DNA from: Amoebidium appalachense
Taxonomy: Eukaryota > Protista > Ichthyosporea
Length of the DNA stretch: 64,000 nt
Direction: 5' to 3'
Assembly: GCA_963693365.1 (NCBI GenBank)
Contig: CAVNZM010000003.1
Location: forward strand, 62,001-126,000
The notes below the pieces were generated by a model. That model saw nothing but the letters and a program-made list of their open reading frames with translations, made no database searches and was not told the DNA's origin. This document shows, in pieces, positions 1 through 37,190 of this stretch (within the stretch, counting starts at the first letter, position 1; every line of letters starts with the position of its first letter). Made by a program: the position numbers and the translations under genes.

Positions 1-368
1 GGGGGGGGGGGGGGGGGGGGGGGGGGGGATGTACTTGATCATGATATACCGCTGAGGGGATATTCCGAGCAAAACCCCCCATACCTGAGACTGGTCTCTC
101 TTTGCCTCGAGTGAACTGCGTAACTTACCCCATATATCGATGTCTGCTAAATTGGTGTGCACGCGACAATCGGTGTGCTCAGTTGCCAATATCATATATG
201 TAACTTGTTCTAGGCCACGTGTATCATTAGTACATATTGCCTGACACATATCTCAGTCTTCCGTTAACGTTACATGTGCCGGCACATGGGCCACGGTGCG
301 TGTGTGTGTGTTGTGTGTTGACGGTGTTGCATGCCTGCACGTGTGTCAGTGTGGTGTGTCAGAAGATC

Positions 369-436
<68 letters not shown>

Positions 437-710
437 AGAGAGAGATGCATCTGAAAAAGAGAGAGTTCAATTGAAGAGAACACCGTGAATTTCAAAGAGG
501 AAGACTCGGCTCTAGAGAGAGGGTGGGGGTGTGGGGGGGGGGGGGGGGGGGGGGGGAGGCATAGAGAGAGAGAAAATTAGAGAGAGAGGGGGGGTAGGGG
601 GGTGGGGGGTGGGGGGAGCGGGACAAGGGGAGAGATCATGGAGGGAGGGGGCGGGAGGAAAGGGGCGAGGTAGGGAGGTAGTCTAGTGAATGGGGAGAGC
701 GAGAGAAGAG

Positions 711-765
<55 letters not shown>

Positions 766-939
766 AAGGGGGACGGAGGCAGGGAGGGAGGGAGCCCCTG
801 GCCTGGCAGAGGGAGAGCGAGAGGGGGAAAGAGAGAAGAGAGAGAGACGACCTGGCGCGGGCAGGGGGGGGGGAGGAGGGACTCCGAGAGAGAGGGGGGG
901 TCAGCCGCTGGGGGGCGGGGGGGGGGGGGGGGGGGGGAA

Positions 940-1006
<67 letters not shown>

Positions 1007-1478
1007 ACCGTGGTTTTACAAAAGAAAAGAAGAGGGAAAAGGTGTGTCATGTGTGTCTCCCACATCATCACCTCGCTTGAGCATGTTACACCTCGTATGG
1101 TAGAAATCAGGTCTGTGAATGAGTGTGTGTGTGTAGCCGAAGTGCGTGGTGATGTGTGTATGTGCCCTGCACGGTACAACAGGTGCCCACTTCATCCCTC
1201 CGGCCATACGTGTGGGAGACACACATGACACACCTTTCCCCCCTTCTTTTCTTTTGAAAAACGACGGGGAGCCGGGGGGGGGGGGGGGGGAGATTTGGGG
1301 GGGGGGGGGGGGGGGGGGGGGGGGATCCGGGGGCCGCACTGATGTATTGTAGTACAGAAGACCACAGGGTGTAAATTGCTGCTACATTGCATTGTGATGA
1401 TGATCAAGAGGGTCCGGTAATAAAAATTTACCTAGAGTCTCAAGGGGGGTCTATTAAACATAGTGGTGGTGGTGACAC

Positions 1479-1732
1479 CGTGTGTCGTTCAGGAGGATAG
1501 GACACCGTCAGAGTTGTAATTGGCACCTCGATTGTGTTGTGTCGGTCATCGTCACGGTGGTTGCTGCTTTTTCTGTATCATAGTGTATGCATATTTTTTG
1601 TGCCCGGGTTGCAGACCATATTCCTACTTTTTGTAAGCTTTCAGAGTTTACGGTGTAAGGCGTTCTAGTTGTGGGTGTGTGTTTCGAATAGGATTTAAGG
1701 TGCTGGGGAAACAGGGAAATTGGTGGTGGTGG

Positions 1733-1814
<82 letters not shown>

Positions 1815-2175
1815 GTGGAGGAGGCCAGGGAGGGTGGGTTGGGGGGTTGGGGAGGGTTGAAGGTACAGTGGCTGGTTTCTTTCTGCAGACAAATAAGAAC
1901 GACTGAGGATTAAAGATGTGTGCAGACAAATAAGAACGACTGAGGATTAAAGATGTGTGCAGACAAATAAGAACGAGTGAGGATTAAAGATGTGTGCAGA
2001 CAAATAAGAACGAGTGAGGATTAAAGATGTGTGCAGACAAATAAGAACGAGTGAGGATTAAAGATGTGTGCAGACAAATAAGAACGAGTGAGGATTAAAG
2101 ATGTGGGTGTGTACCCTGCACGGCGTGCCCATGTCATCCGTCTAGTCGCTCGTTTGCGTCGCACTTCATAGTTGC
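1479..2175 (-). CDS. Putative exons of an unidentified minus-strand gene (2175-2115; next exon starting at 1664)
   Basis: cag|GCAACTATGAAGTG...GCAGG|gtac (NYEVRRKRATRRMTWARRAG) joins in phase to tag|AACGCCTTAC... (TPYTVNSESLQKVGIWSATRAQKICIHYDTEKAATT). No recognisable homology; the 3' boundary is uncertain. Confidence 0.25.
1884..2105. repeat. 37-bp minisatellite, 6 copies
   Basis: Unit tgcagacaaataagaacga(c/g)tgaggattaaagatgtg starting at 1884, 1921, 1958, 1995, 2032 and 2069. Confidence 0.95.
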
Positions 2176-2925
2176 CTGCATGAATTGTAAAAATGTGAAG
2201 AGCAGGGGGAGGGAGGAAGGGGGGGGAGGGGGGAGGGGGAGGGGGGCAGAGGTGGAGGAGAGGGTAGTTGCACACTGATTTACTCGGCGTGGCTGGGGTT
2301 GATACCCTGGGCAAAGTGTGTACATATAGTTAGGACTGTTATAGGTGTGTTAGTTTTAGCTAATAGCATCGTAGCACCCTAGCTAGAGTACTGTCGGTGC
2401 TGGGTGGAAGACGGTAGTTCCCCCTGAGGGCCCCTAGGGGTACCTCCGGGAACAAAAGGGATAAAAAAATATAAAAATAAAATAAAACAACAATAAAATA
2501 AAAATAAAAATAAAAATGCACACTGATTTACTACAACGGGCGGCTTTTTTTTTGTGTGTGTTTATGTGGGTATCGGCTCCTAGCTCGCCCCCAGAGCAAA
2601 GGGACCTATCTATATCGCGGCCCATTGTTATTGAACTGAGCCCGTCATGCCGTCTTGGCAGAACCGTCCGGACTGTCTGATAATCCTTGAAAAAAAAACT
2701 TCATAATTTGCTTGTAACCCCTCCTTTTCCCCGTCCCTTCCCTGCATACATACATTGGTTGCAAGTAAGTGGCTTTTTGTCATGGTTGGTTACAGTACTT
2801 TGGACTCCCGTTTTAGTTTTGCCTCCCCCCCCCTCCCCGTGTACAGGGGCCACTCACTGAAACTACACTAGTAACTCGGGGTTAGGGTCCAGACTTTTAG
2901 GCCTTCCCGGTTGTATGGTTCGATA

Positions 2926-2957
<32 letters not shown>

Positions 2958-3229
2958 ACCAAAAAAAAAAAAATCCCTCCTGCATTTTCGGGGGGGAGGG
3001 GAGGGGGGGGGGGGGGGGGGGGGGGGGGGCTGAGTCCGTGCGTGGGCCTTGCTGCTATTCGGAACGCGACAGTGTGTACACTGGCCAGAACTGAAGGTCT
3101 TGATCCAAAGCACCGATGCCGCCGGTTCTGTGGCTCCGAAAGCGTGCGCCGGATAGAGCCCAAAATCACATTCTGGTTACAAGTGACCCCCTTTTTTTAA
3201 TGTTTCAAGTTGTTTTGTCAGGAGGGGAG

Positions 3230-3260
<31 letters not shown>

Positions 3261-3555
3261 TAAATGAGTTTATTGATTGGATTACCGTTGGGTTGGTTTG
3301 TTTTTTATCATCTAAACGCTAAAAAAAAACGATTGTTGTCACCGGTTTGGGGTTTTGAAAGATTTTTTTGGACCAACTACCGTTACCGGTTCATAAACCT
3401 CAGTCAGTATTTGGGCTTGTTGCGCCGACAATGACGCATCAGACAAACACTAACACATGCACAAACCACGCAAGCACAACCCATATACACAAACACACAC
3501 GAACCGTGACGCGCACACACACTCACGTGTCACAGGCACACACGTGCACACCGTG

Positions 3556-3589
<34 letters not shown>

Positions 3590-3951
3590 GTGCTCGCGCA
3601 AAAACTTTTCCCCTTCAAGAAACCGCCAGGCAGAAACAGAAGAAGGGGGGAGGGCGGGGGTTCCTTTCATTGGCTTAGGTCGTGTGGATGATGGTATCTA
3701 TATTACCTGTATGTATGTATCTTGAATTGGGTGTAGTTGCAACAACAATCATCAAAAAAAAAAAAAGAAGAAGGAGGGGGGTTGGGGGGGGGGGGGGGGT
3801 CAAACAACCCCTTGTTTCCCTCCCCGTAGCTACCCCCCAAGGAAATACAGACATGACCAAGTCCAAACCCCCCCCCCCTCCCCCTTCTCCCCCAACTTTT
3901 GACGCACCCCAAGACGTCTCGACTTCTAAAGGGGCTGTACACTTACCCTCT

Positions 3952-3997
<46 letters not shown>

Positions 3998-4342
3998 CCC
4001 ACCCTGCCACCACCATTTGCAAGTCGCAATCGACATACGGCAAAGTACCTTTTTATTCGTTCTTACTCTTTCACGTTGACACATTCAGTTCGATGCTTGA
4101 ACCATGCAACATAACAGCATTTTCTTTCAATTTACGCAAGGCGTAACCCCTTTAAAAATGAAAACTAATTATGTACCATACCATATAATGGCGGGGTGCC
4201 AAGCAAGCAGAGAAAAAGGAAGTGATGGGCCCACTAACAAATTTCCGATTCAACACAGGTACACTGTAACCACATTTTCATTGTTAAGATAATACAGGCC
4301 CTCCCCCGGACCCCTCCCCGCCCTGACCCCTGAAATTTCCGA

Positions 4343-4925
4343 TCACCACGTAACCTGTGCGCTTGCCACACCAATACCCAACCCAGTTCCATCGCTCATC
4401 CCCTCGTAATTGTTGTAGTGATACTTTACCCGACCCTTCACACTCTCCCCAACCACATCTTCCACATGCTTCCACCCCTTCCACGCGAGAATCTCCTTCT
4501 TTCCAGCCTTTGCATTCGTGCACAGCCCCCCCTCATCCTCCCCCACCCACACATGTTCCAATTTGCTATCGACCACACGATACAACACCACCACACCCTT
4601 AGTGTTCTCACCCACCCCACTCTCTGTCCACCCAGGACTGCACCCTGCACGATGAAAATCCAACGCAAGTGTAGGATCCCCCTTCCCTCCTTCGATGAAA
4701 ATTCTTTTGCACGCTTCCGCCTTCCTTGGCTCACCGACACTTTTCAAGTATGAAGATGCACCGCGAGACACAACGGCGCCTGTTGCTAGGCGAGATATTC
4801 TCACACCGTCTGCAAAACACTCTTGCAAGTTGTCTGCTCGTAGTTTTGATTTGGAGCCAAAAACCTCGCAGAGACGGTCTGCAACCATGTTGGCGTTGAA
4901 CTGAAAGAGGTCATCCGGTAGGCCC
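4343..4925 (-). CDS. Large exon (~194 codons) of an uncharacterised protein, possibly the same gene as the RD-rich exon
   Basis: High-complexity open frame GLPDDLFQFNANMVADRLCEVFG...GIGVASAQVTW, preceded by the acceptor aaaaacacag. The phase (2) matches the donor of exon 6770-6325. No family recognised. Confidence 0.6.
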
Positions 4926-6134
4926 CTGTGTTTTTGTATATATATGTATATATATTGAGGGGGGGGGGGAGGGGGGGGGGGAAGGAAGGAGGGGGGGGGG
5001 GAGGGAGGGGGGGGGGGGGGGAGGGAAGGAAGGGGGAGGGGGATTGGAGGTGGGAGGGGAGGGGGGAGGAGTGGGGGGAGAGAGGGGAGGGAAGGTACGG
5101 AAGGGGAGGAGGGGGCGGGGGGAGGGGGGGGGGGGGGAAGGAAGGGGGAGGGGGGATTGGTTGGGGGGGGGGGGGGGGGAGAAAGAGGGGGGGGGGGGGG
5201 GGGGGGGGGGAGGATGGAGGGAAGCAAGGGGGGTTCAGAATGTATTATAGAGTACGTAGTATCCATTCGAAACGGGCAACATAATGCAGAGTGCAAACCA
5301 CACAAAGAGTAGGCGTGATAAGCAGAACTCCAGGGAGGGGGAGAGAGAAGGGGGAGAGGAGGGGGGGGGGGAGGGGGGGGGGGGGGGGATAGTGTAGGTC
5401 TTAGCTGATAGCGAGCACCAGTGTGATTGTCAGACAAACACTTGTGCATATGGCAGCAATGGGGCGGGCAGGCAGGGGGGGGGGGGGGGGGGGAGGACTC
5501 CTTCACGGTGGGGTGGGAGGGCTGCCTAGTGGGATTGTCAATGCTTCGTGCAGGCTAAATAGGTCTGTGGGTCTGTTGCTAGTGCAGCAATGTGTAGATG
5601 CTTTTTGATGCCCGTGAGCCAAGTTGGCCAAGTATATAACATCATAGCGTATGCGGTTAACCTTGTAAGTCTCACGTGTCTACCCCCGTTGCTAATCATT
5701 TAACCCATTCAAGTAGACAGAGAAACAGAGCGGCTGGCCCTGTAGTGCCTTGCTACTAGGGTATAAGGGTGGGGGTGGCGATGAGTATGACCCTATCTAG
5801 GATTAAGAAAAGGTGAGTGAAGGCGTATGCGTGTGTGTGGCGCAGGTGTGTGGGTGTGCATGTTTGTGTATGTACTGATGTGCTTTTGTGCGTGTCTGCG
5901 CTTATGTGCTTGTGTCTCTGCGTGTTTGTACGTTTTGTCAGGGCCCTAGAGGAGGGCTGGGTGAAAAGATCAAAGAAACTACTACTACATAGAAGGCATG
6001 GGAGGGAAGAGGCGGCGCCAGCAGCTAAGGAGAAAGCCAAAAGAACAACATAGTCAAAACTAAAAGAGGTTGCAGGCAAGATGCGGAGACACGGACACGG
6101 GTACGGAGGCACCCTTCCTAAATCGGCGGGAAGG

Positions 6135-6184
<50 letters not shown>

Positions 6185-6324
6185 TATGTAGGTGAAATAT
6201 CGAGAGGTGAAGAAGCGGAAGTTCAGAGATCAGATGTTAACTGAAGCAAAACATTATCCACATCAAGGATTAGAAAATAAGTACGACGACTGAAAAGGTA
6301 GGCGGCACCGATCTGAGCACCTAC

Positions 6325-6510
6325 CCGGCACTTTCGTCTGCTGTTTTCTTCTCGGCCCGGTTACCACGGCCAGCCTTGTCTCTCTCACTGCCCCTGTCAC
6401 CATCTTTGTCTCTCTGCCTGTCCCTCTCTCCATCTCTCCCTCTGTCCCCGTCCCTGTCTCCACCCGTGTCTCTGCCTCTGTTTCTCTCCCTTTCCCTGTC
6501 CATGTCTCTC

Positions 6511-6557
<47 letters not shown>

Positions 6558-6770
6558 TTCCCTGCCCCTGTCCCTGTCCCTTTCCCTGCCTCTATCTCTG
6601 TCCCTTTCCCTGTCTCTGTCTCTGTCTCTGTCTCTTTCTCTGTCTGTGTCTCTCTCCCTTTCGTCCTTCCTTCGTCTCTCTCCATCTCTATCCCGATCCC
6701 CCTCCCTCCTTTTCTCTCTGTCCCTTTCTCTGTCCCCGTCCCCCCCCCTCTCTCTGTTTCTGTCAGACAT
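6325..6770 (-). CDS. First exon encoding an Arg/Asp(Glu) dipeptide-rich mixed-charge domain
   Basis: ATG at 6770 (MSDRNRERGGDGDRERDREK...DRDRDRDR...KKTADESAG), ending at the donor GG|gtaggt. RD/RE domains are typical of nuclear-speckle/RNA-processing proteins. A GA-rich microsatellite could mimic part of this. Confidence 0.55.
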
Positions 6771-6979
6771 TCTCAAAGAGGTTGGTTTGGTAATCAAACT
6801 ACGTGGACGTATTGAACAACCCAGTGAACGAATAAATACAACACGCACAAGTGTTGTTTTGGTGCCAAAACCACCGGGGGGGGTCGAATCGAAATTAAGG
6901 TTTGCCAAAAAACTCTCCGAGTGAGACTCCAGCACCTGGTCCAGGTCCAGCACCCAATCGAGCCGATAAGCTTCACAAA

Positions 6980-7812
6980 CAGGGATGTGTCGGGTTGGGT
7001 CGACCCGAGAACCAACCCGGCCGGGTCGGCGTTACCCAACCCCGACCCGGGGCATTTTTGCTCAAACCCGGTCGGCTTTATGACCCGGCGGGTCAGACCC
7101 GTACCCAGCCCGACCGATGGCTCTGACCCGGTCAGTTCCCGCCGGGTCAGGGTAAAGCATGATATATTAACCATAATAAGTAGTAAATTTGGATTGATAA
7201 TTGGTTTTCAGGGATTGCACAGTGAACTCATAACAATACAGTATTTTAATCATGTCCATATATGGTAGTATAAACATTGCCGAGGCATAGTTAGCTACAG
7301 TAGTAGAGTACTGAGGCTAGGCTAGCGCTTTAATATAAAAAGAGAAAGAAAAAGAAAAAGAAAAAAGAGAGAGACAATCGTAACTGCTGTGCACGTTACG
7401 TTGTGTTTGCTTTAGTCACCACTACCAAGCTCTATATAATCAAGTAAGCCGCAAGCACACGGGCACTGTCTGTTCACATGTAGACACCATGCGTGGAAAA
7501 GCCACACACACACCGCGAGCACATGTGCACACACAGCACGCACGCACGCAAGCATATCACACACACACACACGTGCACACACAAGCACACACACACACAC
7601 ACATGAATACATGTACACACGTATATGGCCAGTCCGGGCGAACACCCGAGGTTTTCGCATTGGTTAACCTGCGGGTCAACCCGATCACAAGGGTCCAAGA
7701 CCCGAGAACCAACCCGGTCCGGACTGAAAAAAAGACGACCCGGCCCGAGATCCACTCAGCCTTTGCGTAAACCCGCCCGAGACCCACCCGGCCAGTGACC
7801 GACACATCCCTG
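6980..7812. mobile_element. Non-autonomous hAT-family DNA transposon (833 bp)
   Basis: Perfect 14-bp TIRs CAGGGATGTGTCGG / CCGACACATCCCTG. Perfect 8-bp TSD TTCACAAA at 6972-6979 and 7813-7820. Many subterminal ACCCG/CGGGT motifs at both ends. No transposase ORF. Confidence 0.93.
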
Positions 7813-8704
7813 TTCACAAAACCCACCAATTGAAGCACATCAGATTTTATTCTCCAACCAGATGTGAGAACAGTTTTCTGATGACATTCCAGCGTATCCC
7901 CCCAGAATAATCTTAGTTTATGAGCTACTGACCAAATGTACGTGTGGTTTACGCAGGGAAAAGAGGCTTGGAGCTTACTTAAGCTCATAAACAACCATAT
8001 GCATCCACAAATTGCTTCAAGGTTTCGTTATCTGATTTATGTTTCATAGAATCTGAGATAGACCGATGGTGAGAGCGAGTTGCTATTCTCACACTCCGTG
8101 TAAACCTTATGGGGTTTGTAATCCCAATTTACTTACCAAAAAAGGTTCGCTCCCTTCCATTTTAAGCGAGACATCGAGTTGATCCGAAAGTGTCATGATA
8201 CTCTGCCAATCATCATCGACCAGGCTCACAGAGCGATCTTGTTCACCCCCTGTGCACGGGGAGAAACGTCTGCTACTTGGTGCACTCTATACCTAAGAGA
8301 AAGGATAAGTCTGGAAAGACGCTGTTTTAATGAGACAGCGCTGCTTTTCAATAAGCAAACATAAACAACCCCACGGAATATAGCGATCTACGTTAGCTCG
8401 CGAAGCAATATAACGGTACGCCATTTTCCCTTGCATGCCCCCTGGGTAAACCTGTATTCTTGGGCGAAAGATTCCACAAATATTCGTTCTTTGCTAAGGG
8501 CTGGGTGAGAGGCGTGCGAAAGCTTGTGTGGTTACATTAGTGCCTATGGATGACTGCTATCTCCCTTCAACTACAACACTTCGTTACTCTAGTTATGGTT
8601 CCTTCCGCGCTTTGTTCCTTGAGCCTCTGTCGTGTAGTGAACACTCGGGCCCCCTGTGCAACACTCCCTTCTACTCCCGTTTCTCACCTGTATTTGCAGG
8701 GAAA

Positions 8705-33307
<24,603 letters not shown>

Positions 33308-34143
33308 GGGGGGGGGGGGGGGGGATGTGGGTATGGAAGTTGTATGTATGTAGAGAGGGGGGATGGACGGTAAAGAGTTGGAGATGTATAGCGGGTAATG
33401 CTACGAATGTATAAGCGTGCTGAATCATAGGTGAAGGGGTGATCTGGGTAGGCCCACGAATGAACGACCGTGTGACTGGCATCAACTTAATTGTATTCCT
33501 GTATGTAATGAATGTATTCGTAAATGTAACGAATGTATTCGTAAATGGAATGACTGTATTCAGAATTTCATGAGCCATGTGCTGGGTAGGGACCAAGCCT
33601 CCCCGCAACATATGAAGGATCCATGACTGATGTCTAATAAACACTACATGATCATAATCATAACGGCCCTTCTCTCGTCCCTCACGATATCATGATCACC
33701 AACACGTACAAAATCTTTATCGATAGCACCCTCGCGCAGCGGAAGTTGGCACCCCGTGAGACTGTAGAGGTTGGGGGGGGGGGGGGGGGGGGATCTGCCT
33801 GGCCGGGGAAGGAGAGAGTCGAGTCTGGTTCGAACTTTTGCTGGGAGGAGAAAATCTACACAGGCATATTAGGAGCCAAAGATATGTTTCTACTTCTTTT
33901 CAAAGGGGTTTTTTTTTGTGTGTGTGTGTGTGTGATGATGATGGTGGTGGTGGTGGTGGTAGTGGTGGTGGTGAGGTGGCTGGGTGGCTGGTTGGGGGGA
34001 GGGGGGGACAAGAAGGATATTTACCGGGGGAAAAAAACATTTGGGAGGACAAAAGAAATAGGTAGCCGAGAAGGTGGGGAGAAGAGTCGGAAAGAGAGAG
34101 AGAGAGAGAGTTACAAAATGAAACGGACACATACACATGCCAC

Positions 34144-34174
<31 letters not shown>

Positions 34175-34389
34175 AGACAGAGAGTGGAGAGGGGGAGGGG
34201 GGGGGGGGGGGGGGCGCGCGCGCGCGCGCGCGCGAGGCTTGAATACATCGACATCCAAAAAATCTGTTAACTTGGTATGTTAAACTTCCTTTAACGCCAT
34301 GCCTGCCTGCAGGCTATATTTGGATCCTGCACTGTGGTCACCCAATCAGGCCACAGGCACACTATAAATAGAAAACTTAAAGACACACC

Positions 34390-34727
34390 GGTGAAAGTAT
34401 GTAAATACATCCACTCATTCCGACGGTTTCAGTTCAATTTAACATAAAAAAGAAAAAAGCACTAATAAATAGCAACAGTGAATATTTGTAATGATATCCA
34501 CTCATTCCGACGGTTTCAGTACAAAAAATAACCAAAGAAGAAAAACCCTTGTAGCAACAGTGAATATGTGTAAATATATCCGCCCATTCCGACGGTTTCA
34601 ATATCTTTAGTAGACTAAGCTAGTATACACTCATTCTGACGGTTTCGGCTCAACTTACATGTAACGGCAGCTCTATTAATCACAGCGGACATGTGCAAAA
34701 ATATCCGCTCATTCCGACGGTTTCAGA
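34390..34727 (-). repeat. Five-copy spaced motif with a conserved core and adjacent hairpin, downstream of cathepsin B
   Basis: Core CATTC(C/T)GACGGTTTC at 34416, 34503, 34585, 34632 and 34710, with variable spacing (87, 82, 47, 78 bp). Confidence 0.85.
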
Positions 34728-34951
34728 AATCACCCCTTAGCACGCATGTCTGCATGGATTCCATGCTGCTGGTGGGTGCCAAAATAAATAAATATATAAA
34801 TAAACATCATTGCTAAAACTCTACCGGGAACTAGTACACATGTTAAAAAGGAGCAAAATAAACCGAAAGAACTTCGATCTCTCTATATCCCCTCGATTAT
34901 AAACGTAACCACCAACCATGCCTCCTTAAGCCAATGGTTACCAGTGTTGCT

Positions 34952-35421
34952 TTAAGGGGCCTCTGGGGCATCGAGGATGCCACCGACCATCTCCATCTCG
35001 ATGTTGCACTCGTTTGTGCCCCTGCGGATCTTAAAGAAGCCATGGTGACCCCACAGCCGATTCCACGAGTTCTGTAGTGTGAATGGTTGGGTCAGTTTTT
35101 GCCGAGGGTTATGTATGTGTGGGTAGGGTTATGTATGTGTGGGTAGGGTTATGTATGTGTGGGTAGGGTTATGTATGTGTGGGTAGGGTTATGTATGTGT
35201 GGGTAGGGTTATGTATGTGTAGGTAGGGTTATGTATGTGTGGGTAGGGTTATGTATGTGTGGGTAGGGTTATGTATGTGTGGGTAGGGTTATGTATGTGT
35301 GGGTAGGGTTATGTATGTGTGGGTAGGGTTATGTATGTGTGGGTAGGGTTGGGGATGTTTGGGGTGGGGGGGGGGAGGAGGTGAGTGTGTATGCGTCATT
35401 GTGTGCATGCGTGTGTATGTG

Positions 35422-35481
<60 letters not shown>

Positions 35482-35732
35482 GTACATAAATATATATACT
35501 ATATGCATGTGTAGTGTGTGTACCGTATATGTGTTCGTGTGAGGTTAAACAGGTGCATGCACGTGTATGCACTGTAGAGTGTGTACATGCTCACATGCGC
35601 TTGGGTGTATGTGTGCTGTGGGTCTACACTCGTGCGCACCTCTGCTTGCTAGAACGTGTAATTTGTTTGCGCAAGCAAGATACTGGTGGCGGCGGCGGGT
35701 TTTTGGTGTTAGATGGGGTGGGGAGTGGTGGT

Positions 35733-35779
<47 letters not shown>

Positions 35780-36011
35780 GCGGACGTAGAGGGGGGGGGA
35801 AGGGGGAGGGGGGAGGGGGGAGGGGAAGAGGTGAGGGAGGGCCCGGGAAAAAGGGGGGAGGGGGGGGGGATCACAGTGGGTAATCAATTATCCGTGCGCA
35901 TACACCTCTACTGCAAACATGCAAACACGTGCTTGCACGTGCACACACGCACACATGTAGGGTTAGGGGTTAGGATTAGGGTTCACACACACACAAACAC
36001 ACCCACAAACG

Positions 36012-36058
<47 letters not shown>

Positions 36059-36426
36059 TGACCGTCCAGTAGGGGATGCCGTTCTCCTCCCCCCACCCAA
36101 TCACCGTCACGCTGTGGCCCCCCACCCACTTGTCTGCGGTGCGGAAATAAACACCGCTTTTGTATGCACTGAAGTCACTGTAAACACTGGGGAAAGAGGA
36201 AAATTCGGTAAGAAAGAATGATATGTGGTAGTGGTGGTAAGGGGAGCTGAGGGGGGAAGAGGAAAAGCCAGAAGAGGTGGGTAGGTCGGAAGGTGGGGGG
36301 GGAGGGGGGGGGGGGGAGAGAGTGAGGGGGGGGGGGAGGGGAGTGAGGGGGGGAGTGAGGGGGGGGAGTGGAGGGGGGGGGGGGAGGAGGGGGTGGGGGG
36401 GGGGGGAGGGAGAGTGAGGAGTGGGT

Positions 36427-36460
<34 letters not shown>

Positions 36461-36756
36461 CTTTGGGGGGGGGGGGGGGGGGGGGGGGGGAAGGGGGAGG
36501 GATATTGTGGGGGGTGAGGTGTGGGGAGGGGGGGGAGGGGGGGGGGGGGGGGGGGGGACACTGGTGTGGCTTATGGTACGAAGAGGGATGGGAGTGGGAG
36601 TGGGTGGGTTGAAGTAATGCATCGGGAAGCATACGGTGAGAGGAGACAGGGGTATGCAGGGGTAGAGTACTTGGGGGGTTTTGGGGGGTTTGAATGCGGA
36701 ACACGGTATGAAGTACGCATACACGAAGGACACAGCAAAGGCAAACATTCAAGTAT

Positions 36757-36787
<31 letters not shown>

Positions 36788-37143
36788 CTCAGTGTGTGTA
36801 TCAAGATGCAGTTGGATGTGTGAGCAAACACTTGGCAGACACGTGCACGTGCTTGCACGGGTAATTGGTGATGCATGTCTGCCAACCAGAAAAGAAAAAC
36901 GTGTAAATTAGAAAACTTGGGGGGAATCAAACGTTATATGTAGATGCACGTGTGGAATGGGGTAGAAGGGAAGCCTGTGTCCTTGTGGGTGGTGGGGAGA
37001 AGAGAGATTGGGGACAGGCACGGATATGAGGTTTGGGGTGAGTGTGTGAATGCCTCTATGTGTGCACTGTTTGTGTGTGGGTATGCCCTGGTGCCTGCAT
37101 GTGCGTGCTCGTACGCAGAGTGTCTGTCCGTGTGTGTGCGCGC

Positions 37144-37190
<47 letters not shown>

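Noticed and set aside
34390-34727. CRISPR array or hammerhead ribozyme
   Set aside because: Eukaryotic context, no cas genes, irregular and mutually related spacers. GAAAC-GUC is present but the CUGANGA core and correct topology are missing.
35958-35983. Telomere-like TTAGGG run
   Set aside because: Only ~4 imperfect units inside an intron; not a telomere or convincing interstitial array.
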